A stretch of DNA of 64,000 bases, taken from IMG/VR virus record IMGVR_UViG_3300044730_002015, positions 64,001 to 128,000 of that record. One strand, written 5' to 3'. A program made the translations under genes and the position numbers. Positions within the stretch are counted from its first letter, which is position 1. The number at the start of each line of letters is the position of its first letter. Shown in pieces: positions 19,201 through 29,490 of the stretch. Below the pieces are notes generated by a model that ran no database searches, was not told where the DNA came from, and saw only the letters and a program-made list of their open reading frames with translations. Origin of the DNA: a virus.

Positions 19201-21487
19201 CATCAAGACCGTCAGTGACATAAGTGGCAGTGGTCCAGCCATCGTAGGCCACATTAGCTGTTAAATTGCCGTCCGTAGGAGTCCCAATAGCAATGGCGTT
19301 ACCCAGAGCAGTTGCTATTCCAGTTAAGAAAGCACCATTACCAAAGATATAAGTTCCGGTGACGTTGCCTGAGACTTCCAGGCCTGGATAGATCGACCAA
19401 TGGTCGTTGCCAGGCTGGCTGCGATAAATGATGTTGGCAATATTGCCAGCACCTACAATAATACCTGCACCGTTGGCCTGCGAATTAGTAGTGGCGCCGT
19501 TGGCAATAACTATGTCTAGATCATCTACAACTAATTCTGAAACATTGATATAGGTGGTATTTCCTAGTACCTGTAAATTGCCCTGTATAATCGTGTTACC
19601 TAAAACCACAAGATTGCCTGCGCCGAGATTTCCAGTATAGGTTGGCAAATATGCAGCAACATTGGCATCATCGTAGCCACCCGTGGCAGATCTGATATTG
19701 CCTAGTATATACGAACCCGAGATATTAGCAGTGGTAGTGATTGCACCAGTGGTCAGTATTGTTATGTTGGCATTGCTGGCCAAGTAGTTGGCCACATCTG
19801 AATTGCTGTAACCTGGTGGTATGCCGGTTAAAAAAGCACCATTGCCAAAGTAATAGGCTGCTGTGATGTTGCCAGTGGCCGCAATGTCATTGGTGCTGAC
19901 ACCATTTGCGATAACATCAGCGCCAACCAACACATTGCCGCCAAAGTCAGCATCGCCGCCAACAAGTTGCCCACCAACGGTCAACAATGAGGTAACGAAC
20001 ATAGTGTTGCTTGACACATCTTCTGCGACCGCAACATTGTTGGCGGTCACTGTTTCATTTACGGTGATGTTGCCGCCCGTGAAATTATTGGCGATCACTT
20101 CTTCACTAGCAACGAAATTATTTGCGTTTACATCAAATGTAACAGTGATCACATCGGAAACGATATCATTTGTGACTGTGATATTGCCTGCTGTGATATT
20201 ACCAGTATAGGAAGCCAGATAATTAGCTACATTGGCGTTGCTGTAATTGCCTAAAGGCAAATTAGATAACTGAGAACCATCACCAATAAAATAATTGGCA
20301 GTGACATTTCCATCTACGTCTAAACGATTGGCAATGTCAAGGCCATGGCTCAATATCATGACATTGCTGGCGCTGTCATAGAAGAACGTGATATTTCCAC
20401 CGGCTGCTATGTTACCAATTTGCAGTCCTGCACCATTGAGATCACTCATGGTGGCATTGGCATTGGCAGCAACAATTACATCTTTGTCTTTAATGACTAA
20501 ATCGTTAACGTTGATGTAAGTGGTATTGCCTTGAACCAGGAGATTACCTTGGATCACTGCATTTTGTGACACAGTAAGATTACTGAACAAGGCATTGCCA
20601 TTGTAAATCTGTAGATACTGTGCTACATTGGCATTGCCATAGGAACTGCCACCACCGGATATGCCAGTTAGATAATATCCATTACCTAATATATAAGCAC
20701 CCTGCACATTGGCAGTGGTAATGACATTGCCGGTCAAAGAACCCAGGGCACCGGTATATGTTGGCAAATAGTTGGCAACATTAGCGTTGCTGTAAGCAGA
20801 CGGTATGCCGGTTAAAAATGCACCGTTACCAAAGAAATAATCGCTTTGTACGTTTCCCTGTGTGGTAATATTTCCTGTACCGATGCTGAGTGTAACATTG
20901 GCATTACTGGCCAGATATGCACTGACATTGGCATTACTGTAACTGTCATTGCTGATACCAATCTGTCCTACATATCGATAACCTGATACATATAAAACAT
21001 TTCCTGACGTTAAAACACTGGGTATGGTATTACCAATAAAATTGATGAGGCCGGCCTGGGTATCAAAATAGTATTCGCCCGTGCCACCTGAACCTGCGGA
21101 AAATATCTGTGTGCCTGATGCTTCTATGTTGGCTACATTGGGAGGACCAACATAAACTTTGGGTAACCATGTGGCGCCAAACTCCTGCGGAATCCAGTAA
21201 GTTAAATTTGTCAGCCAGGTAGGCCTGATGCCGCCAATGGGCACCACTGTAAAATCAGGCTGGCATTGTATAGAATTGGCGCCACGATAGGCCAGGGCCA
21301 GACCTGAAATATTGGCGGCCACATTGGGGATATTGCCGCTGTCGGCCCATATCACGTCGGCTCTCAGCAGCGGTGGACTAGCTATAGATTCGTTGCTGGG
21401 ACCTTTTTGGTCAAAGGGTGCTGTTTTTGCTACGCCTTGTAGTTTTTTTACCAGCAGATCGATGTATTGTGCAATAGAAATAGCCAT
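16295..21487 (-). CDS. Virion structural/fibre protein with PKD domains (1730 aa)
   Basis: PKD signatures YLWDFGDG, LDYGDG, FQWGDD, WSWGDS; fibre repeats; C-terminal domain paralogous to 21488..23284. Confidence 0.88.
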   Translation of the reverse strand: MAISIAQYIDLLVKKLQGVAKTAPFDQKGPSNESIASPPLLRADVIWADSGNIPNVAANISGLALAYRGANSIQCQPDFTVVPIGGIRPTWLTNLTYWIPQEFGATWLPKVYVGPPNVANIEASGTQIFSAGSGGTGEYYFDTQAGLINFIGNTIPSVLTSGNVLYVSGYRYVGQIGISNDSYSNANVSAYLASNANVTLSIGTGNITTQGNVQSDYFFGNGAFLTGIPSAYSNANVANYLPTYTGALGSLTGNVITTANVQGAYILGNGYYLTGISGGGSSYGNANVAQYLQIYNGNALFSNLTVSQNAVIQGNLLVQGNTTYINVNDLVIKDKDVIVAANANATMSDLNGAGLQIGNIAAGGNITFFYDSASNVMILSHGLDIANRLDVDGNVTANYFIGDGSQLSNLPLGNYSNANVANYLASYTGNITAGNITVTNDIVSDVITVTFDVNANNFVASEEVIANNFTGGNITVNETVTANNVAVAEDVSSNTMFVTSLLTVGGQLVGGDADFGGNVLVGADVIANGVSTNDIAATGNITAAYYFGNGAFLTGIPPGYSNSDVANYLASNANITILTTGAITTTANISGSYILGNIRSATGGYDDANVAAYLPTYTGNLGAGNLVVLGNTIIQGNLQVLGNTTYINVSELVVDDLDIVIANGATTNSQANGAGIIVGAGNIANIIYRSQPGNDHWSIYPGLEVSGNVTGTYIFGNGAFLTGIATALGNAIAIGTPTDGNLTANVAYDGWTTATYVTDGLDDLNQVALNIANGTYVGQVNFTANVTSGPSPLSVAFTGTKIGNATNYLWDFGDGNTSTSGANVVYTYANVLGGQFTVTLTAYNVNGTYGGNAAAGAKGSVDSATKTNYITLFTPLPLPSFTTVPTSLDTGNSVTLTNTSQYATSYLLDYGDGNIVTPANNWTTNSHTYVNAANTDSLYNIVLTGTNQTAGPTPPYSVNTAPTTVKVYSQHSPVLTANILSATSGGVVSFRNDTPGTPGNTASFGAQQYYIFQWGDDTANSNIAIQTGLAGNPGAANIAHTFTLSPAQQANGNVVNYVANLWLYTGYSTSPFKSANITIAVTPNISANFVGTANTVSDRTGDTAQTGYIYTDYLGNNRALFNFQNLTSPTPPFAGNTFSWSWGDSTFDNTTSAANVTHTYNSTGSKTVALTANGTPGGSPQSNTKTATNYITINANPSAPGNLSTKTLSLSTASQGTSPLLAAGAVDNTGGGIVANGTSVTRYVTSTPIVSSTVTQANTSTTGTLTAFIGATAAGNTSFSTSGNAVGTYNGLTVTVDADARTAISAATYPSYFYKVFSAFISQSLSNISTGYNNYKLAHSISGNTNAVGFVKDNLSSVATLSNSSVTMTETTAGTYRYISGVPYYNTGSPTVSINSLSVTDLIGQTYRSTATPLTIASGTNYESTSGSVIITQTRTYAQLDGTPSMLTSGIPNANIGIGSSYTFGSQSISINGSARAVATLQANVINVNGTSSTIQLPTKIQIYSLALSGVDEGNIPVSASLGTVYSDNGVRVTGFGAAANTPAFNGATDYYTGNAWSGAVTVAGTQESIVRWGTVQHFDDANFATGYLPAGPDLVTGRSGVQYFTFAFRRATVANFDIILSGKVSGVWIAAPGTQIDSTSTLNGWLDCSIQYVGAGIPGENTGAGGNGGNGCAEQGTDVIPLGSTISNQRYTQTLGEENMSNATGGVVLVRIALASGDSLTDVQIGVAT

Positions 21488-23284
21488 TTAATTAGTCGCC
21501 ACTCCTATACTTATCGCACTTAAAGATTGCCCAGTTGTCAGTGCGATCCTGACATAAATTTCGTTGGTTGCTGTCAAGGAACTTGATACAGTACCAAAGG
21601 TACAGGTCAATGCCGCGTTGGTAACTGCTGTATTCAGTTGTGCTGCGCCACCTAGACTGCAGCCATCGGAACCGTTGCCTCCTGCGCCGGTACCGGGATA
21701 TCCTGCACCGGCATAGGCCTGAGACATGTCCATCCAGCCATTGAGCCCCGAACTGGAGTCAATGGCTGATCCAGGCAACGCCACCCATAGACCTGCCAGC
21801 GTACCGGTATAGTTAATATCAAATTTTTGTAAATCTTGTCTGACAAATTTAAATGTAAAATACTGTGTGCCACTGCGGCCTGCACTGAGATTGGGACCTT
21901 CCGGCAGATATCCCACGCTATAGTCGGTCACGTCGTGTTTCATAACACCGCGTGTGTTGATGCCTACTACTGTGGCATCGTAGGTTTGTAGTGTGGAGCT
22001 TTGACTGTTGAATGCCGAAGCATTGGCCGAATAGGAAGGTGTGTTGCCACCACCCGGATTGACAATACGGAAGGCTGAGGCAAATCCTGATCCCACTGCG
22101 GGATCTACTGCTATATTTGTTTCATCTATGGTTGTGGTATTGCCATTTTTATAATGTATGACAGATCCGCTGAGTGCCGATGTCAAGGATTGAGTAGTGA
22201 AATTATAACTGTTGTCTACTCTGACACTGGGCCCTGTGCTGCTGGATCCAAATCCTGAATTTACTACATTGGCCATGACATTGGCCGTGACTGTGCCAGA
22301 GGAAACATAAAGATTCCTGGCCAAGGGCACAGCCACGTTGGCAGCGGCATAGGTTAAATTTGTTGGGCTACTAAATGCACCACCGGCAAATCCCAAGGCC
22401 AAGATATTGCCGTTATTGGGATAGGTATCTCCACTGAGACGATTGACTGCAAATGTAAACTCAAATGCATTGTTGCCTGTGTAAAAAGGCACAGTGCTGC
22501 TGTAAGATAACTCTGGTGTGACCTGGGGTGTACAACCAATGGAAAAGAACTGCGGTGATCCCGGAGAACCTGCATCATAGTACCATACTGGCGCATTGGT
22601 AGTGCCAGCCGAACTGTGTGAGATGGCCACTTGATTCCATCCAGACAGCACAGTACCCTGGGCCTGGGCGCTGAACACATACCAAAAACCCGAATCAATA
22701 TTGGCATTGGCCTGGCTGTAGTCATAGTTATTGGTAATAACTAGGTTACCATAGGCGCCATTGACATTGGGATTGGCATCAGTATTGAATGTCACTGTGC
22801 CAGCAGCCGCGCCATTGACAAACGCCGTTATAGTACCTGAGTCTCCTGGCCCGGTATTGGCAATTGTATTGGTATTGTAGTTGGCACTACGATAAACTGT
22901 CAACAGCGTGCCAGCCGATACAGTGACATTGGCGTTGGGCTGTGCAGTGTTATTGGTCTGTGTAAAGTCGGCCATCCTTGCTGATGTGCCCGAACTGGTG
23001 ATACTCAGCGTTTGGTTGCCAGGAAATGCCGCAGGTGGCAATGGTACCAATTTTCCTAATACCTGGTTGATAAGTGCTATGCTGTTGGTAACCGTGGTGT
23101 TGGCAGTGAGAGATACTGCATTTGAAACGAGATTGCCTTGGCTGGAATTGCCAATGGGAATGGCATTGCCAAGAATAGACAGAGAGTTAGCATTGATATT
23201 ATAAATGTTGGAGCCGTCGCCCCAGAGATAATCTGCGAGAACATTACCTGCATATAATGATGTAAATCTTTTGATATAACTCAT
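21488..23284 (-). CDS. Virion structural protein (598 aa), paralog of the C-terminal half of 16295..21487
   Basis: Shared LGNAIxIG..GNL segment and GRSGxQYFTFxFxR...IDSxSxLNGWxD motifs. Confidence 0.87.
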   Translation of the reverse strand: MSYIKRFTSLYAGNVLADYLWGDGSNIYNINANSLSILGNAIPIGNSSQGNLVSNAVSLTANTTVTNSIALINQVLGKLVPLPPAAFPGNQTLSITSSGTSARMADFTQTNNTAQPNANVTVSAGTLLTVYRSANYNTNTIANTGPGDSGTITAFVNGAAAGTVTFNTDANPNVNGAYGNLVITNNYDYSQANANIDSGFWYVFSAQAQGTVLSGWNQVAISHSSAGTTNAPVWYYDAGSPGSPQFFSIGCTPQVTPELSYSSTVPFYTGNNAFEFTFAVNRLSGDTYPNNGNILALGFAGGAFSSPTNLTYAAANVAVPLARNLYVSSGTVTANVMANVVNSGFGSSSTGPSVRVDNSYNFTTQSLTSALSGSVIHYKNGNTTTIDETNIAVDPAVGSGFASAFRIVNPGGGNTPSYSANASAFNSQSSTLQTYDATVVGINTRGVMKHDVTDYSVGYLPEGPNLSAGRSGTQYFTFKFVRQDLQKFDINYTGTLAGLWVALPGSAIDSSSGLNGWMDMSQAYAGAGYPGTGAGGNGSDGCSLGGAAQLNTAVTNAALTCTFGTVSSSLTATNEIYVRIALTTGQSLSAISIGVATN

Positions 23285-26164
23285 TTATAGTATCGCCCAC
23301 ACGTTGGAACCCACGAATGTAAATTGATAATTTTCATAATTGACATTGATAACAGCAGTATTAGATCCATCAATTAGATCATTACCACTGCACTGTATGG
23401 TGATAGCAAGATTGCTACCACCGCTGATGTTGCTGGTGTTGCCGAGAATGCCTGTGGTATCTTTGACATTGAATACCACGCCTACCAAGTTGGCATTGCC
23501 CTGTGGCAAAGTTACTGTCACGTTGGACGAGCCATCAAAAGCATAAAGTGTAAAATCGGATGTGGCAGTGATATTACCACTGAAATATCTCACGTTCAGT
23601 ACCGAACTGCCGTTACCACCGCCACCGGAAACTGTAGCCCAACTCAATCCACCACTGCCGTCGGTGCTGAGCACTTGTCCCAGGCTACCACCAGTGATAG
23701 TGACGTTGGATACCAAACCCAAATTGGTGCGTCCAATAACGCTGACATTACCAGCCACTGTCAGGTCTGCTGATTCAGCAAAGTTGTTGACATTACCAAT
23801 GACTGCATCACCTGTTACCAATAGATTAACGATAGAGGCATTGCCCTCTACTTGCAACACCCCGTCGGATGGTCCAAATCCATCAATCAACAAATTGCCA
23901 ATAACGCTTTGGAATTGTGTGTTGTTTTGGCCCACTGTAAGTGTATTGGCCAACAGAGTGTCAACTATGGCTGCGGCACCAATCAGTGTGGAGCTACTGA
24001 GGATATTTCCACCAACTGTGAGCAAACCAGTGGACTGATCAAATGTAAATGTGCCGGCCCCGCCAAACGCCCCATTGTTGTTAAACTGCACAAAACCGTT
24101 GGAACCGCTGGGAGTGGTTCCGGGCACATTACTGAGCAGACTACCATCGCCAATGAAATAACCATCAGTTTTGATATTGCCCGATGCATCAATCACGCCG
24201 TTGACATCTGTGTTGTCACCTAATGTTATGGTTCCTGCATTTCCGGCCTGTATTTCATTCACAGTCAAGGTGGTGATATTGGCCGCAGGACTGACGATGT
24301 TGTTGTTGGTTCTGATTATACCATTGGCGGATATGTTGGCCACTGAGCCAACATTGATATCAGTCAAACTGTTGACCTGATAAATGAATCCTGTGTATGT
24401 CTGTAGATATGCAGCCACATTTGCATTGCTGTAGTCTGCGGAGATCCCGGTCAAGAATGCACCATTGCCGTAGACATAATTAGAAGCAATGATGTTACCA
24501 CCTGTGATATTACCAGTGGTAGTGATTATATTGCTACCATAGTTGGCTAGAAAATCTGCTACATTGGTATTGCCGTAAAGAGCTGCTGTGGGTTGCCAAT
24601 CTGTGGTACCATCGAGGTAACCAGTCAAGACCCAACCGTTGGCTGAAGTTCTGGCAGTGGGTAAAAAATAACCAGTGCTGACACCGCCTACATAGGCCGA
24701 GTTGGCCCGGAGACTGCCCACGTTGGCACTGGTGATGGTAGCAGCGCCTGACACTGTGAGATTGGGTGTGCTTAATAAATTAACGCCGGGTGCAAAATTA
24801 TAAGTTAGATTGACGCTGCCATTGAATCTTCCAATGCCTGAGCTGTAGTCAGCAAACTGTACAGTTGTATTAGCGCTCTGCGGAGTGACTCCAGGTACGC
24901 TGAAGAATCCCAGTTGATTGGTGTTGGTGACTCCCAAGACCTGTCCCGGAATAGTAGCCCCCGAACTGGCATATTGGATACCGTTGACTGTTAGGCCATT
25001 GGTTACAGAAGCATTGCCCAGTGTGGCTGTGTTGTTGACACGAAGGTTGCCCGACAGGGTGGAATTCAAACCTAGGATATTCACCGCACTGGTTAAAGTG
25101 TTGACATTTAAATTATTAAATGAAGTGGTATCTAGTACTGTGAGATTACCGGCAGTGATGTCCTGGGAATAAACGCTGGTAACTATGACATCACGAGCAG
25201 TGATATCTCCTGACATGGTCAGCGGAGCAGAATCGGTTATCTCTATGCCAGCATTGGCGAGGATAAAAGGAACAAATAAAGACTGTCCAGAACTGGAAAA
25301 GACAAAGTTTTCGTTGGATGAAAATGCTGGTCCTGTGCTGGTGCTGACAGCAAACTGTACCTGACCTCCGGTGCCGGATGGGCCGCTGCCACCACCACCG
25401 CCTCCAGAACTAACAGTCCAAATGGATGTGCCGCCGGTGGTATAATTCTGTGTGCAGATATAAACATTGCCTTGAAAGACCTGTATATCACCTTGTTTGT
25501 CACCTGAACGACCCTGTGGGAAATTGACAGGCACGCCATAGTTCAGACCTGAAACATCTCGGCTAAGATCTTGTACTAAAAATGTATTGCCATCTGCTGA
25601 GCTAAAACTCAGTACCACATTACTGACTGTGGTGGGATTGGTGCTGTAGAAATTAAGTGTTTTAGATGAAGGATTGGCGTAACTAATCTTTTCCAATCCC
25701 ACGTAATTCTTGCCACTCTGCAGCGCGATAGAGTTATTGCCTTGATTGTTGACCTGCAACAGCACTGTGCTGTAACTGGCGCCTTTGCCAAAGGTCCTAC
25801 TGAAATTATTGAATGTCACTGCATAGGGGCGACTTTGATTTAGCAGTACTGTTTGATAGCCGCCCGACAGTGTGTCTAGACTATTGACCTGGCCTGCACT
25901 CCAGTTTATGCCCGCCACTGGTATCAGCAGATCGCGCATTTTTGCGCTGAGTATTTCGTTGCCTTGTAAATTATTGTCTAGCGTGGTGCCACTGAGTGGC
26001 GCTTTGAGAACTGCTTTTTCCTGCAGTTCTGTGATTTCTGATGCGGCCGCAGAAAAGTTCTCTTCTATACCGGTAAAGTTAGTACGGAATCCTTGGGACG
26101 GTTGATCCTTGCCTGCTATAGGATAATCGCCGTCGATAATGGTTGGATCTATGTTGCTGGCCAT
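23285..26164 (-). CDS. Tail/baseplate-associated fibre protein (959 aa)
   Basis: N-terminal YPIAGKDQPSQGFRTNF followed by a coiled segment; fibre repeats; VQFNNNGAFGG motif. Confidence 0.8.
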   Translation of the reverse strand: MASNIDPTIIDGDYPIAGKDQPSQGFRTNFTGIEENFSAAASEITELQEKAVLKAPLSGTTLDNNLQGNEILSAKMRDLLIPVAGINWSAGQVNSLDTLSGGYQTVLLNQSRPYAVTFNNFSRTFGKGASYSTVLLQVNNQGNNSIALQSGKNYVGLEKISYANPSSKTLNFYSTNPTTVSNVVLSFSSADGNTFLVQDLSRDVSGLNYGVPVNFPQGRSGDKQGDIQVFQGNVYICTQNYTTGGTSIWTVSSGGGGGGSGPSGTGGQVQFAVSTSTGPAFSSNENFVFSSSGQSLFVPFILANAGIEITDSAPLTMSGDITARDVIVTSVYSQDITAGNLTVLDTTSFNNLNVNTLTSAVNILGLNSTLSGNLRVNNTATLGNASVTNGLTVNGIQYASSGATIPGQVLGVTNTNQLGFFSVPGVTPQSANTTVQFADYSSGIGRFNGSVNLTYNFAPGVNLLSTPNLTVSGAATITSANVGSLRANSAYVGGVSTGYFLPTARTSANGWVLTGYLDGTTDWQPTAALYGNTNVADFLANYGSNIITTTGNITGGNIIASNYVYGNGAFLTGISADYSNANVAAYLQTYTGFIYQVNSLTDINVGSVANISANGIIRTNNNIVSPAANITTLTVNEIQAGNAGTITLGDNTDVNGVIDASGNIKTDGYFIGDGSLLSNVPGTTPSGSNGFVQFNNNGAFGGAGTFTFDQSTGLLTVGGNILSSSTLIGAAAIVDTLLANTLTVGQNNTQFQSVIGNLLIDGFGPSDGVLQVEGNASIVNLLVTGDAVIGNVNNFAESADLTVAGNVSVIGRTNLGLVSNVTITGGSLGQVLSTDGSGGLSWATVSGGGGNGSSVLNVRYFSGNITATSDFTLYAFDGSSNVTVTLPQGNANLVGVVFNVKDTTGILGNTSNISGGSNLAITIQCSGNDLIDGSNTAVINVNYENYQFTFVGSNVWAIL

Positions 26165-26170
26165 ATTTTT

Positions 26171-29100
26171 TTAATAGATTATATTCACCCGTGGGAACAA
26201 CAAGTATTTATTGTAACGGTTATCATCCACGAACTCGCCAACGATATAGATATTGCTGCCCTCGCTGGCTTCGCTGAAACCAGCCGTGGTTAGATTGCTT
26301 AAACCAATGGTATTTTCTACCGCAGCACGTCCTATAGTGGTTGTGCCATTGGCACTGACATAGGTATTGGATGCTGTATAATAACTGTTGGCATAAATCA
26401 CATTGGCAGGAACAATGTTGCCTTGATTGATAAAATATGCCAGCTGTCCTTGGGCATTGCCAATGAAAGTGGTATATCCAACCGTGGTCAAGCCCGCGAT
26501 AGTGGCTGTGCTGTTGCCTGTGATATTGTCTCCTACACGCAGGGTCATTATCTGGCCTGATGTTGGAGGATTTATAGTAATGGTGTTGGCAGCAGTGTTA
26601 ACATCAACTATCTGCATACCAGTGTCAATGGTATTGGCCCAGGTTCCATTGCCGACGTTGCCTGCGATCAATTCTCCAGCATCAACATTGGCAGTGGTAG
26701 AAAATGTATAATTCCAAGTCAGGGACTGATCTAGTTCGTATCTGTCTAATTCAAAGTTGATACGATTCAATTGTCCAGCCCATTTTAAATTTAATCTATA
26801 GGCTATTTCTGCCGACATATTGGGCATGGTATAACACACTACCCAGCTGGGAGTCCAGCCCAGTAATTTTCCCGTGGATTGTCTGCTGCGCATCCATAAT
26901 GGCAACAGGGTATTGACACGTCCTATGTCTAGATAGATGCGCTCCCTCATGTTGTCCAGGCTATTGGGATACACAGCTTGTATATCAGCGCGGTTAGGTG
27001 GCCAGGCCACTTCCAGTCCCACACTGACTCCTGAATTATTTTCTAGATTGTCTATTAATTCGCTGTAGACCACTTCATAAATTATGGTTTCATCTGGGGA
27101 TCTGGCCACGGCTGATTTAAAAGGAGCCAGATTCACAAATCTATGATAGTGATTTTTTTGCATGGCATTGAAATATACCTGGCTGTTGGCCACATTCAGT
27201 CCAGTGGCGTGTAGATATGTCAAAGAGTCTGCTATGCCAAAGTTAGGATCTTCAAATCTATAGATCCAACTGGCGGGCATACTATCGCTGTCTGTGAGTA
27301 TGGCACTGATTATACCCTGTGATTCTGCAGGAGGATATGCCTGGATATAAAGACTGTTGTAGGGCAATTCATAGGCAGCCACCACAGTGATACGAAAATC
27401 CTTGGCCAATGTCACAGAAAATATTCCGCCCTGCGGATTTACTATCTGCTGGCCGCTGGCTGTGACGGTAAAATCAAATGTTTTGATTCCAGTGGTGCCG
27501 GGAGAAAAAATAGAAAACAAAGGTCGGCCAATGATCAGTCCTGTTTCGCTGAGTTTCAGTCCTGGGGGCAATATACCGTCGGTAACAGTGTATATAAACG
27601 ATGATATCACATCGCTGGTGGCCAGCATCTGCAGTTCGCTGGCCTGGCCCACGGCCACTGTGCCTACATCAAATTCTGTGACCCAGGTATTCTGCGAAGG
27701 ACGGCGGCCCCAGACAAATATGCTGTAGGTATATTCATATGAAACATATTCTCCTATGTTGGTAGGAATATATGCTTCAATGGTAAATGTATAGGTTGTG
27801 TCAAATTCGCTTATGACATAACCATAGATAAAACCCGTGTCGGCGTTCAGTGTCAGCCCTGGCGGCAAACTACCACCGGTCACACGATAAAATACTTCGC
27901 GTCCGTTGGGATCATATCCAACGAATTTAAATGCGTAAAAATTGCCATTGATGACAGGTCTGAGATTGCCGGGTGTGCTTAATAATATGGGTTCATACTT
28001 GTTGCTCATGTCCGCGGAATAATAACCGCGTCCACCGTAACCCATGCCACTGGCAAACGGATTGGTGAATACCAAAGGATGACCTTGGTCTAGTTCTGTG
28101 GTTCTAAATTCCTGGGATGATAAGGTGCCTAGATAATTGTCTAATTCATAGTAATATGTGAAAACACTGGCATTACCGGCATAGGCATTGGCCAAGTCAG
28201 CGATACGAACATTGGCATTACTGCCGATCGATCCGGCAATTTCAATATTGGACGTGGTTAATAAAGCACCTACAACAAGGGTCCCGGTATTACTATACAG
28301 ATAACCGGATATAATTTCTCCGTCAAATACTTGTTCTGCTAGATAATCATTGTCGTCGGATCCAAAACTTGTTTTCAAGAACAATATATTGGCGACTGCA
28401 TCAAATTCGCTGGTGGAGATAGCGTCTTCAGACAAGGTAATCTGGCTGTAAGTGTTGCTGCCGATTTCTACATTGGTAGTCACTGCTGTGACCAGCGTTA
28501 TGGTATTGGCTAAATTGCCAGGAAAGTACTGTTCACTGACTATGGGGTCACCCGCAATGATTGTGACATTATCGTAGTCGGCCTGGGGAATATAAACTGT
28601 ATTGCTGCCAAATATAACTGCTAGATTAGACGTTACCGGCTGTGCTGCAATGGTAAAATTATCTGTGTCTGCCGACCAATAGTCCCTGGCATTGATGCCA
28701 ATGGTAAACATCTGATAGGATGTAAATGTACCGTCGTCGATTTCTATGTTGGCATCAAACTGTACAAATCTTGGCCAACTGTAAGGTGGTTTGACCACTG
28801 CTGGTTCGCCAGCATTGTTAACCGTGGTCAGTACTGGAATTCCACGGATATACCAATTGCCGGAATCCTCAACAATGTTGACGTTGTAAGGCAAGGCATT
28901 GCTGTCATAGGTAAGGCCAATGGTGACATTGCTGTTGGGATCTTGATCCTCATAGGTCAGTTGATAACCTTGATAAGTGTTGGCTATGTACTGCCCCGCA
29001 AGGTATGTGCCGACGTTGGAATTGGCAGTGAAATACGGTGCGTCTCTGCCCTCGACAGATATCGCAAATGCTGCGTCAGCAAACTGATTACCTATGTTGG

Positions 29101-29356
29101 CACGTATGGTAAATTCGCTGACGGTGGTAAAATCTACTAGATCAACTGTACCCGTGATATTACAGTAAACACGGTTGCCAATGACATCATTGTTGCCAAA
29201 GGTCAGGCCTTCGGGTAATTGACCCGAATGGAAAGTATATACACAGTTACTGACGCCGTCGTTGCCGATGGCTTCAAATCTGAAATTACCTTCCTGGCCT
29301 TCGGATAAATCTCCGATGAGTCCAGTGCGAGATATCCATATGGGAAACACTGACAT
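26171..29356 (-). CDS. Ig-like (He_PIG-type) repeat baseplate/structural protein (1061 aa)
   Basis: GQLPEGLTF, GSLPPGLTLN..TGFIYG and GILPPGLKLSETGLIIG Ig-like repeats. Confidence 0.78.
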   Translation of the reverse strand: MSVFPIWISRTGLIGDLSEGQEGNFRFEAIGNDGVSNCVYTFHSGQLPEGLTFGNNDVIGNRVYCNITGTVDLVDFTTVSEFTIRANIGNQFADAAFAISVEGRDAPYFTANSNVGTYLAGQYIANTYQGYQLTYEDQDPNSNVTIGLTYDSNALPYNVNIVEDSGNWYIRGIPVLTTVNNAGEPAVVKPPYSWPRFVQFDANIEIDDGTFTSYQMFTIGINARDYWSADTDNFTIAAQPVTSNLAVIFGSNTVYIPQADYDNVTIIAGDPIVSEQYFPGNLANTITLVTAVTTNVEIGSNTYSQITLSEDAISTSEFDAVANILFLKTSFGSDDNDYLAEQVFDGEIISGYLYSNTGTLVVGALLTTSNIEIAGSIGSNANVRIADLANAYAGNASVFTYYYELDNYLGTLSSQEFRTTELDQGHPLVFTNPFASGMGYGGRGYYSADMSNKYEPILLSTPGNLRPVINGNFYAFKFVGYDPNGREVFYRVTGGSLPPGLTLNADTGFIYGYVISEFDTTYTFTIEAYIPTNIGEYVSYEYTYSIFVWGRRPSQNTWVTEFDVGTVAVGQASELQMLATSDVISSFIYTVTDGILPPGLKLSETGLIIGRPLFSIFSPGTTGIKTFDFTVTASGQQIVNPQGGIFSVTLAKDFRITVVAAYELPYNSLYIQAYPPAESQGIISAILTDSDSMPASWIYRFEDPNFGIADSLTYLHATGLNVANSQVYFNAMQKNHYHRFVNLAPFKSAVARSPDETIIYEVVYSELIDNLENNSGVSVGLEVAWPPNRADIQAVYPNSLDNMRERIYLDIGRVNTLLPLWMRSRQSTGKLLGWTPSWVVCYTMPNMSAEIAYRLNLKWAGQLNRINFELDRYELDQSLTWNYTFSTTANVDAGELIAGNVGNGTWANTIDTGMQIVDVNTAANTITINPPTSGQIMTLRVGDNITGNSTATIAGLTTVGYTTFIGNAQGQLAYFINQGNIVPANVIYANSYYTASNTYVSANGTTTIGRAAVENTIGLSNLTTAGFSEASEGSNIYIVGEFVDDNRYNKYLLFPRVNIIY

Positions 29357-29357
29357 A

Positions 29358-29465
29358 CTAGATTATCACTGCCTCAAGTATTGCACAGGTCTTGGGTTGA
29401 TTTTTGGCCGTGGGCCGTGACGTTTTTGCGAGATCTTTACCCGATATTCCTAGTGCTGTTGGCAT
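29358..29465 (-). CDS. 35-aa basic micro-protein MPTALGISGKDLAKTSRPTAKNQPKTCAILEAVII
   Basis: AGGAG SD at 29471-29475; late box upstream; stop TAG 1 nt before the next ATG; not in ORF track. Confidence 0.6.
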   Translation of the reverse strand: MPTALGISGKDLAKTSRPTAKNQPKTCAILEAVII

Positions 29466-29484
29466 CTTTGCTCCTGATTTAACG

Positions 29485-29490
29485 TATTTA
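29485..29490 (-). promoter_or_regulatory. T4-like late promoter box (GC)TAAATA
   Basis: Intergenic TAAATA upstream of a structural operon; same motif recurs before other late genes. Confidence 0.65.
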
